64,000 nt of DNA, from positions 288,001 through 352,000 of the forward strand of contig CAWBEI010000002.1 in the NCBI GenBank assembly GCA_963787835.1, given 5' to 3'. The position numbers were made by a program, and so were the translations under genes. Below the pieces are notes generated by a model. The model ran no database searches and had not been told where the DNA came from. It saw only the letters and a list, made by a program, of their open reading frames with translations. The stretch is from Ignavibacteriota bacterium. GTDB taxonomy: Bacteria > Bacteroidota > Ignavibacteria > Palsa-1295. Below, piece by piece: positions 31,220-41,343 of the stretch. The number at the start of each line of letters is the position of its first letter. Position 1 is the stretch's first letter.

Positions 31220-31226
31220 GGTTTAG

Positions 31227-32027
31227 TTACTGAACAGCCGCGACCTTCTGCGTGGTCTTTACGCCGTTGGACTCCACGGTAACATAATAGGTGCCAGCCC
31301 CCGGCAAATGCGTGCCTAGCGTGACAGTGTGATCTCCGGGACCCTCCGTATCATTTGCGATCTCCTGAACGGTATTTCCCGAACCATCGGTGACCACGAT
31401 CTTCACCGGGCCAGACTGCGTGGTGTGATACGAAATAGTGGCCGGTGCGCCTCCAAGATGCACGGGATTGGGATACACCGGATCCAAGAGCGAACCGGTT
31501 GTCGTCGATGGCGTTGCAAATTTATATTTTGCAATAATGTCGATAATGGTTCTGTGGTCGGTGAGTAATTGATCGAAATTCGGCCGGGAGCTTTTTTCAA
31601 GCTGGTATAACGCTGCTGAATCATGCGCTATCCGAGCGGTTTTGTATTGCGGACGAAGCCCTTTAAGCGTTTGTATATTGCTCTTTGCATCGGCAACGGC
31701 GGATTCGATCGCTTGCTTGTCCGCGCTCGTCATTGGTGCTTCGATGCCTGCTCGATAATTTTCATCGTTGAGAAATTTCATCGCCTTGGCAATGCGGGGA
31801 TGCTTTGCAAGGAAGGGAGCGGCCTCGAAATCCATCGAGGACCAATCCTCCCCATTAACAGCGCCTCGAACCGACGCCGAGCCATGTACAGGAGTGGTTC
31901 CAGAAGAACTTGGTTGCACCCAGGGATTCTGAGTGGAAGATGAACCGGTTTGCGCTTGAGTATTGCCCGATACGAAAAGAAGAATGGTGAAGATGGAAGC
32001 AAATAGAATGTGCCGATGTATTTGCAT
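31227..32027 (-). CDS. T9SS cargo: helical domain plus CTD
   Basis: Signal peptide; VYPNP...DGSG...AGTYYV...KVAAVQ. Confidence 0.75.
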   Translation of the reverse strand: MQIHRHILFASIFTILLFVSGNTQAQTGSSSTQNPWVQPSSSGTTPVHGSASVRGAVNGEDWSSMDFEAAPFLAKHPRIAKAMKFLNDENYRAGIEAPMTSADKQAIESAVADAKSNIQTLKGLRPQYKTARIAHDSAALYQLEKSSRPNFDQLLTDHRTIIDIIAKYKFATPSTTTGSLLDPVYPNPVHLGGAPATISYHTTQSGPVKIVVTDGSGNTVQEIANDTEGPGDHTVTLGTHLPGAGTYYVTVESNGVKTTQKVAAVQ

Positions 32028-32059
32028 AGTCTTGTAATTGAAAAAATGAAGAAGAACGT

Positions 32060-33040
32060 TTAATGTGTAACGATGATACGGCGAACCTCCGATGCTGTTG
32101 CAGTCGAAAGCCGGGCGAAATAAATTCCGTTGGGTAGATTTCCCGTCAGGAGGGGTACATCGTATTGCCCCGGCGAGTATCCTCCATCGAACAGAGTGGA
32201 AACTGGAGTCCCCGATGCATCGAAGAGCTCGATCTGCGCACCCCCTCCATCCAGCGTAGAAAAATGCAAAACAGTCTCGCCGGCAAGGGTTCGTTCTACA
32301 TAAAATGAAAGTGGATCCTGATTTGCGGGATATAATTCCGCCACACTCCCAGCCGGACTGGATACGTAGGCAACCATTACTAAATTTGGATAGGCATAGA
32401 GAGTACTGGCGCCCAAATGCTGACCGGCAAGGTAATATTGATACGCGGTGGAATTCACTCCATAGGGAGTATCGAGCAGCAGTCGTGATCGATCCCGCTC
32501 ATCGTCGAGCGGAAGTTGCGTGGCAGAGGTCAGCGAATCGATCCATACGAAGGATTTCGTTTCTTTGGGATAGGGAGCAACCTCCGAAACAAAGAAATCC
32601 GTATCGGCGATCGCGATATGGCTCATTGGGAACGAATAGAGCTCGGCCGTATCCTTTTTGTACACGGTATCCACGTAAGAGCCCGTGTAGGGAGAATTGA
32701 AATTCGCATACGGATGGCCACCCGTCCAGGCCACTGGAACTGCTTCCACGAGGATATAGGCGTCCGCGCCGAAGCTATCGGTCGCCATGAGCACCGACAC
32801 GCTATCAATGAACGTGTTCGGGTACGGGCAGGTAAAGCGTTCCGAATAGCCAATGATGGTTCGTGCAGTGTCGGTCCCAGACGTCGCACCATAGGTTGCC
32901 GGCAACGCCAAAAAAGAATTCGTCGTTATGAGGTTCTGATTGAAATAATATAATTCAGTACTTTTTTGCTGGCACCATGCCGGTGCAGCGAACATCAGAA
33001 CACTGAAACAAAAAAGGACGCTGTTAATAAAAAATTTCAT
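32060..33040 (-). CDS. T9SS cargo, unknown function
   Basis: Signal peptide; LFDASG...LPNGIYFARL...RIIVTH. Confidence 0.75.
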   Translation of the reverse strand: MKFFINSVLFCFSVLMFAAPAWCQQKSTELYYFNQNLITTNSFLALPATYGATSGTDTARTIIGYSERFTCPYPNTFIDSVSVLMATDSFGADAYILVEAVPVAWTGGHPYANFNSPYTGSYVDTVYKKDTAELYSFPMSHIAIADTDFFVSEVAPYPKETKSFVWIDSLTSATQLPLDDERDRSRLLLDTPYGVNSTAYQYYLAGQHLGASTLYAYPNLVMVAYVSSPAGSVAELYPANQDPLSFYVERTLAGETVLHFSTLDGGGAQIELFDASGTPVSTLFDGGYSPGQYDVPLLTGNLPNGIYFARLSTATASEVRRIIVTH

Positions 33041-33080
33041 ACCAGAGAACACGTGCTAATAAAAAAAGATACGATAAAGA

Positions 33081-33116
33081 AATGGAGGGCGTTGCCTGAT
33101 GCAACGGCCCTCCATT
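33081..33116 (-). terminator. Intrinsic terminator after the His-rich repeat gene
   Basis: AATGGAGGGCGTTGC / GCAACGGCCCTCCATT stem followed by T-rich sequence on the minus strand. Confidence 0.65.
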
Positions 33117-33151
33117 CTAATTACTTCTATCGAAACCGTTCACTCATCGTC

Positions 33152-34729
33152 TCATTGAACGATGAGGTTCGTCGTTTGGGTTTCAGACCCAGCCTGGACC
33201 AGGACAAAGTATAATCCCGAGCTGATCGAGGAGCCGTTGATCAGCAGGGTATGAGACCCTGCCGACATCGCCTCATTAGCAAGCTGCAGTACAAGGTTGC
33301 CCGATCGGTCAAAGACTCGAACTGTGACTTGTGCACTGGTCTGAAGGCTCAGAGTAAGCGAACTGCTAATTCCAGCCCTTAGTGGGTTCGGCACTAATGG
33401 CTCGACAGACAGATTTCCCCCACCTCCGACCTGTTTGCTTCCAAGCTTGATAGAATCTATCGGTGGAAGCCCACCACCGCCGCCAACTGGATTACCTCCT
33501 GGAAGAATCAGTCTGCCTGGAAGGATTGGATTGGAGGTGCCACCACCCGTTCCAACCTTACTTGTCGAATCATTGGATCCACCGCCACCAGAAGTGCCAG
33601 TAGTATCCTTACCACCACCGCCGGTATTAATGGTATCGTTACGACCTCCGGTTGTATCCGGCGGTAACGGAACAATGATAGTGTCCGGTGGGATCGGAAT
33701 GATAATGGTATCCGGCGGGAGCGGATGAATTCCCGTATCAGAGCCATGATGAGCATTGATAAGGCTGTCTAAACGATGCCAGAAGAGGGAATCAAAGCCC
33801 GGTCCACCACCGGTGGTATCTCGGTGACCTAATCCACCAGTATCCGGAGGCAACGGATGAATACCCGTATCAAGGAAGTGATGCCCGAGGAACAGGGTAT
33901 CAAGCCGGTGCCGGAAGAGCGAATCAAAGCCAGGACCACCGCCGGTCGTATCATGATGACCTAACCCACCAGTATCCGGAGGGAATGGATTAATACCGGT
34001 ATCAGGGCCATGATGGGAATTGATGAGGCTGTCTAAACGATGCCGAAACAGCGTATCGAAGCCTGGTCCGCCGCCTGTGGTATCACCACGACCGTGACCT
34101 AATCCACCAGTATCCGGGGGTAATGGATGAATGCCGGTATCGAGGAAGTGATGTCCCTGGAACAGGCTATCCAGCCGGTGACGGAATAGAGAATCAAAGC
34201 CAGGGCCACCGCCAGTGGTATCCCCGTGACCATGACCTAATCCACCAGTATCGGGTGGTAGCGGATGAATGCCGGTATCTGGACCGTGATGTGAATTGAT
34301 GAGGCTATCTAAACGATGCCTGAGGAGTGTATCGAAGCCGGGTCCTCCGCCAGTCGTATCGCCATGACCTCGACCAAGGGTATCCGGAGGTAATCGATGC
34401 ATGCCGGTATCGGGGCCGTGATGTGAATTAATAAGACTGTCTAGACGATGCCGGAAGAGCGAGTCAAAACCCGGTCCGCCGCCGTTCGTATCGGGCGGAA
34501 GCGGGTGATGGTTTGTATCCGGCGGCAAAATTCCGGTATCGGGCGGAAAAGGCAAAATACCCGTATCCAGCCGATGATGTGCATTGATGATGCTATCGAG
34601 CCGATGCAATAGCGTGGTATCACCAAAGTGAAAATTCGAATCCGGACCACCACCTGGCTGTGCAAGACCCAATGAAGGGCTGACCGCAAAAAGGGCCAGG
34701 AGGATAAATAATTGAAGCGTTACTTTCAT
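33152..34729 (-). CDS. His/Gly/Pro/Asp-Thr-rich tandem-repeat T9SS cargo protein
   Basis: Seven ~45-aa HRLDSL...HH.DTG.HPLPPDT..DTTGGGPGFD repeats; CTD VPNP...FDRSG...SGLYFV. Confidence 0.85.
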   Translation of the reverse strand: MKVTLQLFILLALFAVSPSLGLAQPGGGPDSNFHFGDTTLLHRLDSIINAHHRLDTGILPFPPDTGILPPDTNHHPLPPDTNGGGPGFDSLFRHRLDSLINSHHGPDTGMHRLPPDTLGRGHGDTTGGGPGFDTLLRHRLDSLINSHHGPDTGIHPLPPDTGGLGHGHGDTTGGGPGFDSLFRHRLDSLFQGHHFLDTGIHPLPPDTGGLGHGRGDTTGGGPGFDTLFRHRLDSLINSHHGPDTGINPFPPDTGGLGHHDTTGGGPGFDSLFRHRLDTLFLGHHFLDTGIHPLPPDTGGLGHRDTTGGGPGFDSLFWHRLDSLINAHHGSDTGIHPLPPDTIIIPIPPDTIIVPLPPDTTGGRNDTINTGGGGKDTTGTSGGGGSNDSTSKVGTGGGTSNPILPGRLILPGGNPVGGGGGLPPIDSIKLGSKQVGGGGNLSVEPLVPNPLRAGISSSLTLSLQTSAQVTVRVFDRSGNLVLQLANEAMSAGSHTLLINGSSISSGLYFVLVQAGSETQTTNLIVQ

Positions 34730-35073
34730 GATATCTTTATTATTCGATAAATCCAATTTTTCTTTCCCTATTCTCAAAGAACACTATCTTTGAGATTAAG
34801 GTTTTTTCAATGATTCTGACCCGGAAGAACAATAGGTATAATAGCTGACAAGCATTCGACGCCGGCAATGTCTCTTTGGTTTAATTTCCGAAGTGGAAAT
34901 TTTTACTGCCTTCCGGAAGAGGACCAAAGAAAACTACCTGCTCCAATTTTAACACCGAATGGATGGAGATATAACGAATTATTTTTCTAAATTTTTGTGT
35001 TTGTGGTGTCCGATTTAGATTTTTCCTCCTCTTACTCGAAAAACGGCATCGATTATTATATCAGGTTACTCAC

Positions 35074-36255
35074 ATGGCACAGGAAATACTCAACCCCGTC
35101 AGCGCTTCCACTCCAGCAAACGGCAGCACAAAAGCTGCACCTGCAAAAGCAGGCCTCGAGGACGTCGTCGCTGGAACCAGCGACATTTGTTTTCTCGATG
35201 GTAAGCACGGCATCCTCGCCTATCGCGGATATGACATCCACGATCTCGTAAAAGGCTCCTTCGAAGAAACCGCGTACCTTTTGCTCTTTGGCAAACTACC
35301 GAACGAGGCCGAATTAGCCGAGTTCAGCGGAAAGCTTGTTGCCAGCCGCAACGTACCGGCGCAAGTCAAGCAGCGCCTTTCGGAGTTCCCGCGCAACATC
35401 CATCCGATGGCGGCGCTGCGAACTCTTGTGAGCGAGGCGGGCCTCTATGATGTGCAGGCGGAAGATATGTCCCGCGAGGCTAATATCGAGAAGGGCATTC
35501 GGCTGATCGGCATGCTGCCGCTTCTCGTAGCTTATTTCGATGCCGCTCGCAATGGCCGAGCTTTTGTAGAGCCGAAAGATTCCCTCGGCCATGCCGCAAA
35601 TTATTTGTACATGTTGCTCGGAAAAGAGCAGGATGAGGAAATCGTTAAAATGTTCGACTCCGCGCTTACGCTTCATGCCGATCACGAGTTTAATGCTTCC
35701 ACCTTCACCGCGCGATGTATCGCGGCGACTCTTGCGGACATGTATTCTGCAGTAACCGGTGCGATCGGCGCACTCAAAGGCCCGTTACATGGTGGCGCCA
35801 ACAAGCAAGTAATGAAAATGCTGCTGCGCGTAGGCGATCCGGCAAAGGCGAAAGAATGGATCACCGATGCGCTGGCTCGTAAAGAGAAGGTCATGGGATT
35901 CGGGCACCGCGTCTATCGCACCGAGGATCCTCGCGCTACTCATCTCCGCAAATTCTCCGAAGCCATGGGCAAGCGTACCGGCGAAATGCAATGGTTCCAG
36001 ATGTCCAAGACCATCGAGGAATTTATTCTTCAGGAGAAAAAGCTGTACTCGAACGTCGATTTTTATTCAGCGAGTACGTATTACCTCATGGGTATTCCAC
36101 TGGATCTCTACACGCCGATCTTCGCGATCAGCCGCGTATCTGGATGGGTGGCCCACATTTTGGAGCAATACGCGCATAACCGCATCATTCGCCCGATGGC
36201 CGAATACACCGGCCCAGTCGATCAGGTGTGGCAGCCGGTGGAGGCGAGAAGTTAA
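35074..36255 (+). CDS. gltA: Citrate synthase
   Basis: HADHEFNAST, GPLHGGAN, MGFGHRVY, NVDFYS. Confidence 0.93.
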   Translation: MAQEILNPVSASTPANGSTKAAPAKAGLEDVVAGTSDICFLDGKHGILAYRGYDIHDLVKGSFEETAYLLLFGKLPNEAELAEFSGKLVASRNVPAQVKQRLSEFPRNIHPMAALRTLVSEAGLYDVQAEDMSREANIEKGIRLIGMLPLLVAYFDAARNGRAFVEPKDSLGHAANYLYMLLGKEQDEEIVKMFDSALTLHADHEFNASTFTARCIAATLADMYSAVTGAIGALKGPLHGGANKQVMKMLLRVGDPAKAKEWITDALARKEKVMGFGHRVYRTEDPRATHLRKFSEAMGKRTGEMQWFQMSKTIEEFILQEKKLYSNVDFYSASTYYLMGIPLDLYTPIFAISRVSGWVAHILEQYAHNRIIRPMAEYTGPVDQVWQPVEARS

Positions 36256-36277
36256 TTCGAGAAAATTCTTTCGAATG

Positions 36278-36309
36278 AAAAAGCCCCTGAAATTATTCAG
36301 GGGCTTTTT
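36278..36309. terminator. Bidirectional intrinsic terminator
   Basis: AAAAAGCCCCTGAA-N4-TTCAGGGGCTTTTT between convergent genes. Confidence 0.85.
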
Positions 36310-36323
36310 AATTTTATGAAAGA

Positions 36324-37739
36324 TCAATTCGCTGGCCGCGATCGTATCCGATTCCCTAATCCCCTCACCCACTTCCCTATTTTTAACGGGTGCTCCGAAG
36401 CCGCGCGCCAGGTGAGGAATATACCTGTAAGCAGCAGAATAAGATTCCCACCCCACATACCCCAGAACGGAGAGATGACTGCACGGTCGGCAAGCTTTTC
36501 ACCGCCAATGAGAAATACCCAATAGAGTACGAAAAACCCGATGGAAAGCCCGGTTCCTGCACCCACGCCGCTTCGTTTCGCCAATGCTCCGAGCGGGATA
36601 CCGATCAAGGCGAAAATAATACACGATGCCGGGATCGCATATTTCTTGTGGGTCTCGACCAAGTAATTGTCCATATCCTCCTGCGTTTCACGCAACGAAG
36701 AAAAATCGTTCTGCATCGCAAGTTGATGCGGGGTGAAGAGATCGCGCATGCGGGAAGCGGTCGTCGGGTTGGAATGCTCTGGCGGCGGCTTCGGAGGGTT
36801 TAACGAGGTCATGGCTGCAGCAAAGGCCTGAAGATGGGTCTTCCAATTACCGATCTCCCGCGCTTGCAGTCCTTCATCGGCATGGACCTTTTTCATCAGA
36901 TCGGTCGCGGAGAGTTCCCTGCCGCTGCGCTCCGATTCGCCTTCGTGCATGAAATCGTATCCACTCGTCGGAACTTTCACGATATACGTTCCGAAATGCC
37001 CGCGCCGGTATTCCGTGGGTTGCGAGGCAAAGACCTCGTGCATTTCGCCATCGTTCAGCGTGAGAATGATACTGCGAAAATCCGGCGTGAACGAGAGATG
37101 CCCCGTCTTCGCGGTAAGCACGCGAGATTCCGAAGGATCGGCATGATCGTAGATCGTGACATCCCCGAGATCGTTCGTTTTCGGATCGACGCGGCGAGAG
37201 AGAATGGAATAGCCGGGAATTTCATCGCCCGTGGTGAACGTACCCGGCTGAATAATAAGTGATGGCTTCTTGCGATTGATATCGGTCATCAGATCCTTTG
37301 CGCGATGGTTAGCATCCGGCAGAATGATGTTATTAAACTGAAGATCGAACACCGCGACGAGCGCACTAAGGATCAGCACAGGGAACATCATGCGCCCGAG
37401 GCTGACGCCGGCGGCTTTCATGGCTGTTAGTTCGTTCGCCGCCGCCATAGAGCCGAACGCCATCACGCCCGCAACCAGCACTGCCATTGGAACCGCAAGC
37501 ACGACCATCCATGCCAGATTAAAAACGATGAGTTCGATGATCGTCCACAAACTTAACCCGCGCCCAACGATGCGGTCGATGAAGCGCATCAGGAATTGCA
37601 ACAAAAACACGAACATGATGACCGAAAGCGCCATCAGGAAGGGCCCCGCCGCCTCGCGGACAATATAGTCCCAGATATGCGCGGAAGTCTTCCACCACCG
37701 GTGGCGTCCGCTCAAGCTTTGTTTAATTTCATGATCCAT
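36324..37739 (-). CDS. LptF/LptG LPS export permease
   Basis: ELTAMKAAGVS, HKKYAIP, GIPLG; start at ATG 37739 inferred. Confidence 0.9.
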   Translation of the reverse strand: MDHEIKQSLSGRHRWWKTSAHIWDYIVREAAGPFLMALSVIMFVFLLQFLMRFIDRIVGRGLSLWTIIELIVFNLAWMVVLAVPMAVLVAGVMAFGSMAAANELTAMKAAGVSLGRMMFPVLILSALVAVFDLQFNNIILPDANHRAKDLMTDINRKKPSLIIQPGTFTTGDEIPGYSILSRRVDPKTNDLGDVTIYDHADPSESRVLTAKTGHLSFTPDFRSIILTLNDGEMHEVFASQPTEYRRGHFGTYIVKVPTSGYDFMHEGESERSGRELSATDLMKKVHADEGLQAREIGNWKTHLQAFAAAMTSLNPPKPPPEHSNPTTASRMRDLFTPHQLAMQNDFSSLRETQEDMDNYLVETHKKYAIPASCIIFALIGIPLGALAKRSGVGAGTGLSIGFFVLYWVFLIGGEKLADRAVISPFWGMWGGNLILLLTGIFLTWRAASEHPLKIGKWVRGLGNRIRSRPAN

Positions 37740-37857
37740 CTGGGTATTACACAATGCTTTCGCAGAAATCGCTCCTTTGTTTCGAATAAGCAGCCTGGTC
37801 AAGTCATGAAAACACAACAATAGTAGTGTGACACGTTTCACATCGTATTTTTGCTGC

Positions 37858-37995
37858 ATGAGCAAACTACCCAATGCCGAGAACGCATTGGATTTTGTCC
37901 TCGTCGGGTTAGATCGTGAAGCTACCATACGAAGCTCCTGGATCGTCCTGCATGGGGAAACTTTCCCTCGGTTTGCAGGTTGTTCTATTCTATAG
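37858..37995 (+). pseudogene. Internally deleted DUF6883-like gene
   Basis: 45 aa, MSKLPNAENA joined directly to ...IRSSWIVLHGETFPR..C.IL; abuts the DUF4926 start. Confidence 0.55.
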
Positions 37996-38244
37996 ATGCT
38001 TTCCAACACTCCCGTATCGCTTCTCGATGTGGTCGCGCTCTCGGAGCCGGTTCCGCAGAATGGCCTCGATGCAGGCCAGGTTGGCACTATTGTCGAAATG
38101 CTGGGACGCGATACGTACGAGGTTGAGTTTAGCGACGATAACGGCAGAACGTATGCACAACTCGCGCTACGACGAAGTCAGATCCTTCCCCTTCATTTTT
38201 CCGATCATCCCGAGCAACGTTCACCTTCGGAGCGGTTCAATTAG
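37996..38244 (+). CDS. DUF4926 protein
   Basis: LDVVAL...GQVGTIVE...YEVEFSDDNGRTYA. Confidence 0.88.
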   Translation: MLSNTPVSLLDVVALSEPVPQNGLDAGQVGTIVEMLGRDTYEVEFSDDNGRTYAQLALRRSQILPLHFSDHPEQRSPSERFN

Positions 38245-38254
38245 ATCGATTTAA

Positions 38255-38341
38255 GGACTGAAACGCTACCACCGGTGGTACTACATCCTAAATAATCACG
38301 GAGCGTGGGAAGATGACCCGGAAAAACCTGAGCGCAAGTAG
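38255..38341 (+). pseudogene. C-terminal relic of a REP-associated tyrosine transposase (RAYT)
   Basis: YILNNHGAWEDDPEKP resembles the YIxxNPxxWxxDxxNP tail; lies about 45 bp from a GTAG REP. Confidence 0.5.
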
Positions 38342-38384
38342 CGAGGACGCACGAACAACGGGAAACTGATACAACCGTTACATC

Positions 38385-38582
38385 GTAGGGACGTGCTGCG
38401 CACGTCCACTCCCGGAGAATTAGGAGAGCTGCTATGATCTACTTTCAAACCGGACCGACCAATATGTATGCACAAAAATTCCGTGCGGCGTGGCAAGGGG
38501 GACGGACGTGCGCAGCACGTCCGTACGCCCGGACCGACCAATATGTGTGCACAAAATTTCCGTTTGGCGTGGCAAGGGGGAC
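38385..38582. repeat. GTAG REPIN copy 2 with 54-bp direct repeats (BIME-like)
   Basis: REPs at 38385-407 and 38504-526; near-identical direct repeats at 38450-503 and 38529-582. Confidence 0.8.
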
Positions 38583-40392
38583 TGGAAATATTACGAAGGT
38601 CAGGTCCGCGCGCGTCGCTCGCCTGACCCTCTGTTTTCTGTTTTTTTCATTTTTTATAATCAATTCAAATACACAGGCACAATGGAAACTCCTCAAAGCC
38701 AGTCCCGGCAATTTCGAAGTAATATATTTTCTGGATCTTCCCGGGCCATCGAGAATAGGATTTCTGGGTGGTTTCGACTCTTTATTTAAGACTACTGATG
38801 GAGGCAGTACATGGAAGCCAATTATTTTTGATGACCCGAATGCCGGTTATGGGGGCGTTACTCGTTATAATGATATTACATTCAAGGATTCCATAACAGG
38901 ATGGGTGGCGACGGATTTTGGTGGTTTTAAAACAACTGACGGTGGTGAAACGTGGTTCTTGGTTACTATAAATGACAGTGGCTCAGGGGGCACCGTGTGG
39001 GGCATTTATTACGATAAAGTGAGTGATGGTCTATTCCTTTCTACATTTGCTGGTGCCGCACCAGTGTGGCATGGGTTTAACGAACTCTCCTGGGATGAGG
39101 GTGTAACGTGGAAACCTTTCGCATCTGTTGGGAATGAAAACTCCGGAGGTTTTGCCTTTGCCGACGGTAATAATGGTTTATTATCATGGGGTGATTATTG
39201 GCCTGCCCCGTGGTGGCGCACGACAGATGGTGGGCATTCATGGAACGCTTTATCATTTGATACAGCATGTTGGCAGCCATTGGCCATTGCTAGAACAAAA
39301 ACCTATTTCGCGGTTTCTTCCCCCGGAAATGTATTCCGAACCGATAACGCTGGAGACACATGGTCGCTTATTTACTCCTTCCCACCCCAAATTCGTATGC
39401 CAGACGGCCCTGATTCTGGACAAACGGGGAGTTGCATCCGGGGCAACTTAGATAGCCTTTATGTCATGGCTTGCTCTGGCTGCTATCTCTCTACCGATCA
39501 AGGACTTTCATGGAAATACCTTTGTGGTGTGCCTGACCTGAGAATACCAACACAACGTTTTTACCTTAGAGACAAATTGTTATATGTCATTGGCTTTGAT
39601 TCGACACGTTATGCTCAGCTTTGGATGCTAAATATAGATTCCCTCAACACGGTCACTTCAAGTTCGTCCGTGCAGTTGGGTAATGGGTTAAAGCAGGAAA
39701 CCATTTATTCGGGGGATACGGTACGGGTGTATTATCTTTCTGATTCAGGGCTTGGTTCTGAGATCGGGAGCGATTCAATTTCCATTAGCATTTCGTTCGA
39801 TACGAATTCACTTTCACTCGTGCGCTTTGTGCCCGATTCCGGTTGGAGCATCAAAGATTCTTCCTATTCAAACGGAACGTATCATTTGCTGCTTGTCGAT
39901 TCGGATTCATTAGGTTTAGATAGTTCCGCAGTCATTCTCCGCGCCGATTTTGCATCCTATTTATCATCCACGCCCCAAAGCAAGGTGTATCTGGATAGCG
40001 TGCATTTCTATGGTCACCGCCTGAACTGCGATTGCGCAGTAGCTTCGGTCACCGGCGCGGATTCCGTCGAAATAGATTTCGAGGGCTGCGCGGATTCGCT
40101 TCTTCTTGCGGCGATGAGTGGCAAGCCGCTGTTCACGATCGAGAGCATTCAGCCGAATCCGGCGCAGGATGAGATTACGGTGCATCTATCGGGGAATGTT
40201 CAGCCGGTTATCGAGATGTATGATGCGTTGGGCAGAAGTGTGCTAAACTGCAACCCGACCACCCCCCAGCCCCCTCCTTCTATAGGAGGGGGAGTAATTC
40301 TCGATGTGTCGAACGTGCCATCGGGAATATATTTTGTTCGGGTGTCGGCGGGTGGGTATGTGCAGTCGCGGAGCGTGGTGGTGCAGCATTGA
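38434..40392 (+). CDS. T9SS cargo with YCF48/Asp-box propeller; true start probably about 38,570-38,610
   Basis: KTTDGG.TW repeats; CTD IQPNPA...YDALGR...SGIYFVRV. Confidence 0.82.
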   Translation: MIYFQTGPTNMYAQKFRAAWQGGRTCAARPYARTDQYVCTKFPFGVARGTGNITKVRSARVARLTLCFLFFSFFIINSNTQAQWKLLKASPGNFEVIYFLDLPGPSRIGFLGGFDSLFKTTDGGSTWKPIIFDDPNAGYGGVTRYNDITFKDSITGWVATDFGGFKTTDGGETWFLVTINDSGSGGTVWGIYYDKVSDGLFLSTFAGAAPVWHGFNELSWDEGVTWKPFASVGNENSGGFAFADGNNGLLSWGDYWPAPWWRTTDGGHSWNALSFDTACWQPLAIARTKTYFAVSSPGNVFRTDNAGDTWSLIYSFPPQIRMPDGPDSGQTGSCIRGNLDSLYVMACSGCYLSTDQGLSWKYLCGVPDLRIPTQRFYLRDKLLYVIGFDSTRYAQLWMLNIDSLNTVTSSSSVQLGNGLKQETIYSGDTVRVYYLSDSGLGSEIGSDSISISISFDTNSLSLVRFVPDSGWSIKDSSYSNGTYHLLLVDSDSLGLDSSAVILRADFASYLSSTPQSKVYLDSVHFYGHRLNCDCAVASVTGADSVEIDFEGCADSLLLAAMSGKPLFTIESIQPNPAQDEITVHLSGNVQPVIEMYDALGRSVLNCNPTTPQPPPSIGGGVILDVSNVPSGIYFVRVSAGGYVQSRSVVVQH

Positions 40393-40722
40393 CCAGGATC
40401 TCATAATAATTGTTGAATTTTGTGGCAGGTGTGAAATGTGTCGTATATTGGAGCATGATATTACAAGCACCTATTTCTCTGAGAACAAACATTGCATAAG
40501 TTCATGAAAGAAAGAGGTGAGTTCATTAAATGACAATTCAATTGAGAGTAATAGGCACCTTTGCTGAAAGAACAAATGGCGAATTCAGCACAGGAACGGC
40601 ACAGCTCATGAACTCCAAAAGAACAAACACACGAAAAGCGTTGCAATGAGCAAACGGAATGGATCGATTTGAAACTATCAGCCAGCCGAAGGGTTTATCA
40701 ATGCTTCGATCTTTTGCTTTTT

Positions 40723-41343
40723 ATGAAATACATACGAATCCCATCCCTATTGTTTCTGCTTTCGGTTGCGCTCGGCAGCATCTCCGGCTGCTCGAAGAGT
40801 TCCACATCCCCGGAAACGACGGCCACGCTTCCCTCCATACCGACGGTCGGAAGCTCGTTCATTATGCTGGATAATAATTCGATCACCACGTATGATACCG
40901 TAGTTGCGACCACGCTTCTTGATACAGCTCATCATGGCTCGACCGTGAGAGAATTTAACGCAACCGATGCTTCGAATGGCGGGACTTATTCGATGTTTCA
41001 GTCCTTTCTGACCAATGGTGATCTGGCAATCTCAGGTACTTCCTGGGGCCCGACGGGTGTCTTTGAAGCGCTTCCGTTTGCGTCTCACACCACCGTTACG
41101 ACTACGTTTTTCGATCAGGGCACATCTTCGACCGATACGATCACGGCCGTTTATCATAGCGGGAGTGCAGCTTATGTGCTTAATAAGCAGTCCTACGCCA
41201 CCGATAGCGTGACCGTTACTGCGTATTCACAGGGAACGGTGCTTCAATATTACTATACATACATTCCCGCTATTGGCCTGATCGCAAATTATGCCAGGTC
41301 AGACGGATATTCCCAATGGCTCACATCCTATACCGCAAAATAA
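40723..41343 (+). CDS. Lipoprotein, unknown function
   Basis: Lipobox ISGC. Confidence 0.7.
   Translation: MKYIRIPSLLFLLSVALGSISGCSKSSTSPETTATLPSIPTVGSSFIMLDNNSITTYDTVVATTLLDTAHHGSTVREFNATDASNGGTYSMFQSFLTNGDLAISGTSWGPTGVFEALPFASHTTVTTTFFDQGTSSTDTITAVYHSGSAAYVLNKQSYATDSVTVTAYSQGTVLQYYYTYIPAIGLIANYARSDGYSQWLTSYTAK

Noticed and set aside
33700-34600. Periodic ~135-bp repeats resembling a CRISPR array
   Set aside because: In-frame coding repeats with synonymous variation, no unique spacers and no cas genes.
37740-38087. N-terminal extension of the LptF/G ORF
   Set aside because: Antisense to the DUF6883 relic and DUF4926; the family-like sequence starts near 37739.
38385-38582. Repeat-spacer-repeat pattern as a mini-CRISPR
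   Set aside because: The apparent spacer is a REP also found at 31141; better explained as a BIME-like element.
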